Below, in pieces: positions 57,913 through 64,000 of a stretch of 64,000 nt of DNA. How positions within the stretch are numbered: position 1 is the first letter of the stretch; each line of letters starts with the position of its first letter. The notes under the pieces were generated by a model. It ran no database searches. It was given only the letters and a program-made list of their open reading frames with translations, and had not been told where the DNA came from. The stretch lies in the NCBI GenBank assembly GCA_040756875.1, contig JBFLYH010000001.1, positions 608,001 to 672,000 of the forward strand. Direction: 5' to 3'. The translations under genes and the position numbers were made by a program. Source of the DNA: a candidate division FCPU426 bacterium (lineage in GTDB: Bacteria > Oederibacteriota > JAAXVQ01 > JAUVAV01).

Positions 57913-59969
57913 TGATCCGCATTCGGCCATGGGTGTGGCTGCTGCCGGGCGTGCTTCTGGCCCTGCCCTTGGTCCTGCAGGCCAAATCTTCCCCCGAGGC
58001 CGCCGTTTCGCGCCTGACGGTCGGCGGCCCCCGCGATCTTGCCCCTTACGCCTATTGGGACCGGTCGGGTGTATACACCGGTTTTTCCGTGGACATGGTG
58101 CGCGCCGCGGGCGAGCGCGCCGGCATCGACAGCGTCCTGTTTTTCCCCGGCAGCCAGGATCAAAACTTGAAGCAGCTGTCCAACGGCGAGATCGACTGCG
58201 TTCAATTCGTCCGTTACACCCCCGCTTTGGCGAGAAATTTCGAATTCGCCGTCATCTATCTGGACAGCCCCTCCGTGATCTTCGTTCCCAGCGATACGTA
58301 CAACCTGGCCACCAAGGAGGACCTGGAAGGGAAACGCGTCGCCGTACAGCCGGAAGACCCGGTCTGGCCGACGCTCCGGGCCCAGCGCCGGGTTTATTTG
58401 GTTTCGGTGAACAAGCCCGCCGAAGCATTCGATCTGCTGCGGGACAAGCGCGTAGACGCCTACATCGGCGAACGGCTGACGGCCTTGCATTATCTGGGCG
58501 CGCGGGGCTGGCAGGACCAGTTTAAAATCGTGGGGGCTGAAGTCGCGCGTTCCCGTTTTGGCATGCTCGTGAGGCAGGGCGACCGGGAGAAAGCCCACCT
58601 GCTTTCCCGGGCCTTTCAGACTTTGGAGCGGACCGGCGAACGCGACCGCGTTTTTTACCAGTGGTTCGGGGAGGGCTTCCATCCGCAACCCTTCATGTCC
58701 CGCCAAACCCTGCGGTGGGTGATGATTTTTGTCGGCTCTTCGCTGCTGGTGGCCATGATCGTGCTGGGCTGGAACCTGCTGCTGCAAAGGGAACTGGAAC
58801 TCAAGGCCGTGGCCGTGGAAAAAGCCGAACTCAGCCGCAAGGTGGCCGAAGAAAAAAGCCGGTTCGAAGCCACGGTGCAGTCCATGACCGAAGGCCTGAT
58901 GCTGGTGGAACCCGCCGGCGCGATCGTCTACGTCAACGCGCCGGGCGCCCAGTACCTGGGCCGGCGGATCGAGGATCTGCTGCACCATCCCCTCAACGTG
59001 CTGCAGGAGCATCTTCTGACCAAGGTCAAGGAGCCCGACCTGCTGGCGCGGCGGCTGGAATTGATCGAGGCCAATCCGACGCGGCCGGCGGTGGTCGAAT
59101 ACACCGTGACCACCACCAAGCGCCAGGACATCCGGCTGAAATTCTTTCCGGTCCGCGACCGCAGGGGCGAGTTCGCGGGCCGCGGCATCCTGATCGAGGA
59201 CGTGACCCACGAGCGGGAGGTGGACCGCCTCAAGTCGGAATTCGTATCCATCGCCAGCCATGAACTGCGCACGCCCATGACGAGCATTTTGGGGTTTTCC
59301 GAGATCATGCTGACCAAATCCCTGCCTCCGGAGATGGTCAAACGCTACCTGACCCAGATTCACGGCGAGGCGGAACGCCTGACCCGCATCCTGAACGACA
59401 TGCTGGATTTAAGCTACCTCGAGAGCGGCGAGGGCGTGCTGGAGAAAAAGCCGGTCGCCATCGTGGAGCTGGTGAACGAGGTGGTCGAAAATTTCCGCGC
59501 GCAAATCAAGGACCGGAGGGAATTGCGCGTGCAGATCGACGGGGCGTCCTCCGTGCTGATGGCCGACCGGGACAAGGTTTCGCAGGTGTTGTGGAATTTG
59601 CTCTCCAACGCGGATAAATACTCCTTTCCCGGCCGCAAAGTGCTGGTGGACGTGGTGGAGCGCCGCGCGCCGGAACCCGAATGGCGGTTTACTGCGGAGG
59701 AACTGTCCGCTTTGCTGCCCGGCGTGGAACTGGCGGTGACCGATTTCGGAGAAGGGATCCAGGAGGACCAGTTGTCGCTGATTTTCCTTCCGTTCTACCG
59801 CGTGGAAACGGCCGTGCACACCATACGGGGAACGGGACTGGGATTGGCGATCGTCAAACGCATCGTGGAAGCGCACGGCGGCAGGGTTTGGGCCCGCAGC
59901 GAACTGGGCAAGCAAACGGTTTTTTCCGTGCTGCTGCCCCTGCCCAAATCCGCGCCGGGGGAGGGGTGA
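57912..59969 (+). CDS. Sensor histidine kinase: extracytoplasmic solute-binding (family 3) domain + TM + PAS + HisKA + HATPase
   Basis: GFSVDMV; one TM; ASHELRTPMT; NLLSNA; GTGLGLAIVK. Confidence 0.9.
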   Translation: MIRIRPWVWLLPGVLLALPLVLQAKSSPEAAVSRLTVGGPRDLAPYAYWDRSGVYTGFSVDMVRAAGERAGIDSVLFFPGSQDQNLKQLSNGEIDCVQFVRYTPALARNFEFAVIYLDSPSVIFVPSDTYNLATKEDLEGKRVAVQPEDPVWPTLRAQRRVYLVSVNKPAEAFDLLRDKRVDAYIGERLTALHYLGARGWQDQFKIVGAEVARSRFGMLVRQGDREKAHLLSRAFQTLERTGERDRVFYQWFGEGFHPQPFMSRQTLRWVMIFVGSSLLVAMIVLGWNLLLQRELELKAVAVEKAELSRKVAEEKSRFEATVQSMTEGLMLVEPAGAIVYVNAPGAQYLGRRIEDLLHHPLNVLQEHLLTKVKEPDLLARRLELIEANPTRPAVVEYTVTTTKRQDIRLKFFPVRDRRGEFAGRGILIEDVTHEREVDRLKSEFVSIASHELRTPMTSILGFSEIMLTKSLPPEMVKRYLTQIHGEAERLTRILNDMLDLSYLESGEGVLEKKPVAIVELVNEVVENFRAQIKDRRELRVQIDGASSVLMADRDKVSQVLWNLLSNADKYSFPGRKVLVDVVERRAPEPEWRFTAEELSALLPGVELAVTDFGEGIQEDQLSLIFLPFYRVETAVHTIRGTGLGLAIVKRIVEAHGGRVWARSELGKQTVFSVLLPLPKSAPGEG

Positions 59970-59970
59970 A

Positions 59971-62115
59971 ATGCCGAATCCGATGATCGACCGCCTGCTG
60001 GAACGGGAATCCGAGGTGGTTCGGGAGTGCCTGGAAGAAGGAGAGCGGCGTTTTCCATTCTATCGGCAGGCCGCGGGGGTGCAGCGCAGCACCATCGAGG
60101 AGGCCTGTTCGATCCAGCTGAAAATGGCGCTCCAGGCCTTGGAACAGTCGGGACAGGAACGGCCGGCCTGGGAAAAAACCATGCGCCAGCAGGGCGAGAC
60201 CCTGGCCCGCCTGGGAGTGCCCCTGATGGAAGTCCTGGGCATGATCCAGCTGCTGAAGGAAAAAACCCGCCTGAAGTTGCAGACTCTGCTGGCGGAGCAG
60301 CCGGAGGTCCCTTGCCAGGCCATCGTCGAGTTTGATCTGGCTTTCAGCCGGATTTTCAGCAGTATTGAGCTCGACCTGCTGACGCCTTTTTTGGAAGTTC
60401 AAACCCAGATCATCCAGTCCCAGGAGGCCTTTTTAAAGCACAAATTCAGCAGCCTTTATCGCCTGGTCGAGGCCATTTCCAACAACCTCGACATCCAGCA
60501 ATGCTGCGAACTGCTCCTGGATTATGTCTGCCGGTTCTACGACGTCAAGCTCTCCGGTGTTTTCCTGCTGGACGAAAAAGCCCGCGAACTCTACCCCCAG
60601 CACATGACCGGCCTTTCCCGCAAACTGAAAAGCCAGCTCCGCTACCGGGCCGTGGACGAACCGTTCCGCCAGTGCCTCCAGGAAGGGAAGCCCGTGTTCG
60701 TGATCGACACCCCGTATCATGCGGACGACATTACCGTACCCGTGCCGGAACGCGAGCAGCCGCCCCAGGCGGCCACCCGGAGTTCGGCGGATTATCCGGC
60801 CCTGGCCTCCTTGTACGCTCCGATGATCGGACGCCAGCGCACGTACGGCGTGGCGGCTTTGCACGCCTGGAAACTGGCCCAGTTCACGGAAAGCGAGGTC
60901 CAGCAATTCACGACCCTGGCGCGCATCGTGGCCGTGGCGCTCGAAAACGCGGGCATCTATCAAAGCCTGACCGAGGAAAAGAGCAAGCTGGACGCGATCG
61001 TCAACTCGATTTCCGACGGGTTGATTCTGGTGGATCTGCGCGAGGAGATCGTTTTCATCAACGCCCTGGCGGCCAAATACCTGCAACAGCCTCCGTACCG
61101 GCTCCTGGGCGCTTCGGCCTCCATCATTCCGGACCGGCTCCTGGCCAATGCCCAGGATCCGCTGACCATTCAATCCCGCTATCTCCGGGCCCAGAACAGC
61201 ATCGCGGAGATGCCTGTGCTTGATTTCACGCTGGAGCGCCCGGAAGTGGCCGATATCCGCATGCATTTTTTCCCGGTCAGGGACCGCGAACAACGGCTGA
61301 TGGGGCACGGGCTGCTGATCGAGGACGTGAGCCATGAGCAGGAAGTCAACCGTATGAAGACCGAATTCGCCGCCATCGCCAGCCATACCATGCGCACGCC
61401 CATGACCAGCATCCTGGGTTTCGCCACGCTGCTCATCGAAAAACAACTGCCCGCCGAGACGCAGCGGAAATACATTCAGAACATTTACCGGGAATCCCAG
61501 CGGCTCACGAATATTTTCAACGATATGCTCGATCTGGCCAACATCGAAGCCGGGCTGGTCTCGCTGAAGCTGGCTCCCCTGGATGTGTGGGAAACCGCGC
61601 AGACGGCGGCGCGGGACGTGCGCGCCCTGTCGAACCGCACGATCGAGCTGGTCCGCGGCAATAAAACCTTCCCCCTGCTGATCGCCGACCAGCAGAAAGT
61701 GCAGCAGGCCTTGGGGAGCCTGTTGACCAACGCCACCAAATTCACCGCCGGCAAGATCGTCCTGCAGGTCAAAAAAGTGACCCAGGTGAAATTCCGCTCC
61801 GGATGGATGCACTCCCAGGTCGGACTCGAAGCGCCCGGCTTGTTTCCGGCGATTCTTTACCTGATCGAGGACGAGGGCGAGGGCATACCGGCCGAGCACT
61901 TGGACGGCATTTTCGAGGCCTTTCATAAAGTGCCCCAGGACAAGCGTTGGAACGAGGGCTCGGGCCTGGGCCTGACCATCGTGCGGCACATTGCCGAGGC
62001 GCATGGGGGCCGCGTGTGGGTCGAATCCGCACCGGGTAAAGGCAGCGCGTTCTCCCTGCTGCTCCCCCTGGAGCTTACGTCCCCGGAAACCAATGTCGGC
62101 CGTTTTACTTCCTGA
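59971..62115 (+). CDS. Cytoplasmic histidine kinase: helical (globin/RsbR-like?) N-domain + GAF + PAS + HisKA + HATPase
   Basis: ASHTMRTPMT; LLTNATKFT; DEGEGIP; GSGLGLTIV; no TM. Confidence 0.88.
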   Translation: MPNPMIDRLLERESEVVRECLEEGERRFPFYRQAAGVQRSTIEEACSIQLKMALQALEQSGQERPAWEKTMRQQGETLARLGVPLMEVLGMIQLLKEKTRLKLQTLLAEQPEVPCQAIVEFDLAFSRIFSSIELDLLTPFLEVQTQIIQSQEAFLKHKFSSLYRLVEAISNNLDIQQCCELLLDYVCRFYDVKLSGVFLLDEKARELYPQHMTGLSRKLKSQLRYRAVDEPFRQCLQEGKPVFVIDTPYHADDITVPVPEREQPPQAATRSSADYPALASLYAPMIGRQRTYGVAALHAWKLAQFTESEVQQFTTLARIVAVALENAGIYQSLTEEKSKLDAIVNSISDGLILVDLREEIVFINALAAKYLQQPPYRLLGASASIIPDRLLANAQDPLTIQSRYLRAQNSIAEMPVLDFTLERPEVADIRMHFFPVRDREQRLMGHGLLIEDVSHEQEVNRMKTEFAAIASHTMRTPMTSILGFATLLIEKQLPAETQRKYIQNIYRESQRLTNIFNDMLDLANIEAGLVSLKLAPLDVWETAQTAARDVRALSNRTIELVRGNKTFPLLIADQQKVQQALGSLLTNATKFTAGKIVLQVKKVTQVKFRSGWMHSQVGLEAPGLFPAILYLIEDEGEGIPAEHLDGIFEAFHKVPQDKRWNEGSGLGLTIVRHIAEAHGGRVWVESAPGKGSAFSLLLPLELTSPETNVGRFTS

Positions 62116-62915
62116 TGGCGCATCCCATCCATATCGGAACCTCGGGCTTTTCCTATGCGGATTGGAAGGGGCCTTTTTATCCCCCGGCCCTCCGGACCGG
62201 GGACATGCTGGGTTTCTACAGCCGCCATTTTTCCGCCTGCGAGCTCAATGCGAGTTATTACCGCCTTCCCACGGCCGCCACGACCGCGGCCCTGATCCGC
62301 AAATCGGAAGGCCGGGTCCGTTTCGTCATCAAGGCGCACGGGAGCATGACCCACGAACGGACCGCCGCGGAGGCCGAGTACCGGCAGTTCAACGAGGCGC
62401 TGCGCCCGCTCCAGGACGCAGGACTGCTCGGCGCCGTGATTGCCCAGTTTCCGTATTCCTTTCCCAACAGCCTGGACAACCGGGGATATGTGGCGGACCT
62501 TCGCGCCCGGCTGCCCGAAGGCACGGAACTGGTGGTCGAGTTCAGGCACCGCAGCTGGAATCACGCCCAAGTGGTCGAATGGCTGGCCGGACTCGGGGTC
62601 GGGTTGGTGAACGTCGACGAGCCTGACCTGAAGGGCCTTTTGCCGCCGACCGACCACGTAACCAGCCCCGTGGGATATGTCCGGTTTCACGGACGCAACC
62701 GCGAAAAATGGTTTCAGAAGCAGGCCCAGCCCTGGGAGCGGTACGATTATTTATACCAGGAGGAGGAATTGCGGGAATGGGTGCCGCGCATCCGGAGAAT
62801 CGCGGACCAGGCCGGACAGACTTTTGTGTTTTTCAACAATCACTGGCAGTCGCAGGCCGTGACCAATGCCAAGCAGCTGGCGGCTTTGCTCGGAGGACAA
62901 GCGGGGAATGGCTGA
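62115..62915 (+). CDS. DUF72 domain protein
   Basis: IGTSGFSY.DW.G.FYP; ELNASYY; EFRHRSW; YVRFHGRN; FNNH. Confidence 0.92.
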   Translation: MAHPIHIGTSGFSYADWKGPFYPPALRTGDMLGFYSRHFSACELNASYYRLPTAATTAALIRKSEGRVRFVIKAHGSMTHERTAAEAEYRQFNEALRPLQDAGLLGAVIAQFPYSFPNSLDNRGYVADLRARLPEGTELVVEFRHRSWNHAQVVEWLAGLGVGLVNVDEPDLKGLLPPTDHVTSPVGYVRFHGRNREKWFQKQAQPWERYDYLYQEEELREWVPRIRRIADQAGQTFVFFNNHWQSQAVTNAKQLAALLGGQAGNG

Positions 62916-62990
62916 TTGAATGAGGAAGCGGCCGTTTACGGGCCAGCCTGAGCAGGGCTTGGATTTGTGGGGGGAGAGAACCGGCCGGCG

Positions 62991-63998
62991 CTAGACCTTC
63001 ATGTTGCGGGTGGCTTCCTGCAGGGAGGCGGCGGCCGTCGAGATTTCCTGGATGCTGGACGTGACCGTGGTCATGGAGTTGTTCAGTTCCTCCATGCTGG
63101 CGGCGATTTCCTCCAGGGCGGAGGCGTTGTCCTCGGCGAAAGAAATGACTTCCTTCATGTTGCCTTGGACCACGTCGGTGCGCTCCAGCTGGGACTGCGA
63201 AAGGGCGGACATGGAGGCCACGCGCTGTTCCAGGTTGCTGACCGATTCCACGATGGTGGTCAGGGATTTTTCCGATTCGGTCATGGCCTCGCGGCCGGAA
63301 GTGACGTGCTTGGTGCCGTCGTTCATGGAGTCGACGGTGGCGCGGTTCTCGGCCTGAATGCGCATGACCAGGGCCGCGATTTGCTTGGTGGCGTCCCCGG
63401 ATTCCTCGGCCAGTTTTTTGATTTCGTCGGCCACGACCGCAAACCCGCGGCCGGCGTCGCCGGCGCGGGCCGCCTCGATGGCGGCGTTCAGGGCGAGCAG
63501 GTTGGTTTGCTCCGCAATCTGGGTGATGACTTCCAGCACCTGGTCGATCTCCTGGATGGTGCCGGACAGGGCTTCCACCTGGCGGGCGTTCTGGTCGAAG
63601 ATGTTGAACAGCAGAGTGATTTTTTCGATGGCGGATTGGATGATTTTGCTGCTATTTTCGGCCGTGGAGTGGGTGATGCGCGCCAGGCCGCTGGACTCAT
63701 TGAGGGCGGTCAGGAATTCCCGGAGCGACAGGGCCTGTTCCTGGATGGTTTTGGCGGAATTGACCGTGTGTTCCCGCTGCTGTTCCGCGTTGGTGGCCAC
63801 GGAGGAAATGTTGCTGGTGACTTCCTCGGTGGCCGCGCTGATTTCCTGGGCCAGGGACGACAGGTGTTCGGAAATGCGCTGCAGAGTCTCGGTCAGCGAC
63901 TTGGTTTGGAAAATGATGGTTTGAATGGCTTCGATGAATTGGTTGAAGGAAGCGGCCAGTTTGCCGCTTTTTTCCTCGCCGGCGTAGTCCAGGCGGGT
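62991..63998 (-). CDS. Methyl-accepting chemotaxis protein (5' partial; HAMP + signalling domain)
   Basis: [37 protein letters not shown]; frame stays open to the window end ([21 protein letters not shown]). Confidence 0.93.
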   Translation of the reverse strand, partial: TRLDYAGEEKSGKLAASFNQFIEAIQTIIFQTKSLTETLQRISEHLSSLAQEISAATEEVTSNISSVATNAEQQREHTVNSAKTIQEQALSLREFLTALNESSGLARITHSTAENSSKIIQSAIEKITLLFNIFDQNARQVEALSGTIQEIDQVLEVITQIAEQTNLLALNAAIEAARAGDAGRGFAVVADEIKKLAEESGDATKQIAALVMRIQAENRATVDSMNDGTKHVTSGREAMTESEKSLTTIVESVSNLEQRVASMSALSQSQLERTDVVQGNMKEVISFAEDNASALEEIAASMEELNNSMTTVTSSIQEISTAAASLQEATRNMKV

Positions 63999-64000
63999 AG

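Noticed and set aside
57825-62004. 512-aa and 523-aa minus ORFs
   Set aside because: Antisense shadows of the histidine kinases

Overview
GC-rich (~55-62%) chromosomal window from a diderm bacterium. The lineage cannot be determined from sequence alone; the T/P-repeat surface proteins and expanded PorV-like family recall uncultured lineages such as candidate division FCPU426, which is an inference only. Contents, left to right: (1) 1-15.5 kb, an envelope locus where proteins with T9SS-type-A/FlgD-Ig-like C-terminal domains alternate with PorV/PorQ(UPF0164)-like beta-barrels, one fused to OmpA-C, followed by an MFP + two RND permeases + TolC; (2) a hom-thrC-(apgM-like)-lysC operon with no thrB, then trxA-trxB; (3) a second barrel/cargo alternating cluster at 22-28.5 kb; (4) a LeuT-like transporter with a 32-aa partner ORF missing from the track, an aminotransferase, secA, tRNA-Phe, tRNA-Thr, rpsP-khpA-rimM-trmD-rplS-rnhB-yraN and HU; (5) an ATPase / exonuclease / degenerate trehalose-phosphatase trio; (6) a giant TPR protein + TonB-dependent-like barrel + ExbB/ExbD/TonB + UvrD-nuclease fusion + SpoIID + queA; (7) a signalling island with a GAF-GAF-GGDEF protein, a KaiC-receiver fusion, two paralogous histidine kinases, DUF72 and a partial MCP. 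No CRISPR array, rRNA, integrase or transposase was seen. The best candidates for an undescribed system are the paired PorV-like barrel/CTD-cargo display system and the KaiC-REC phosphorelay.
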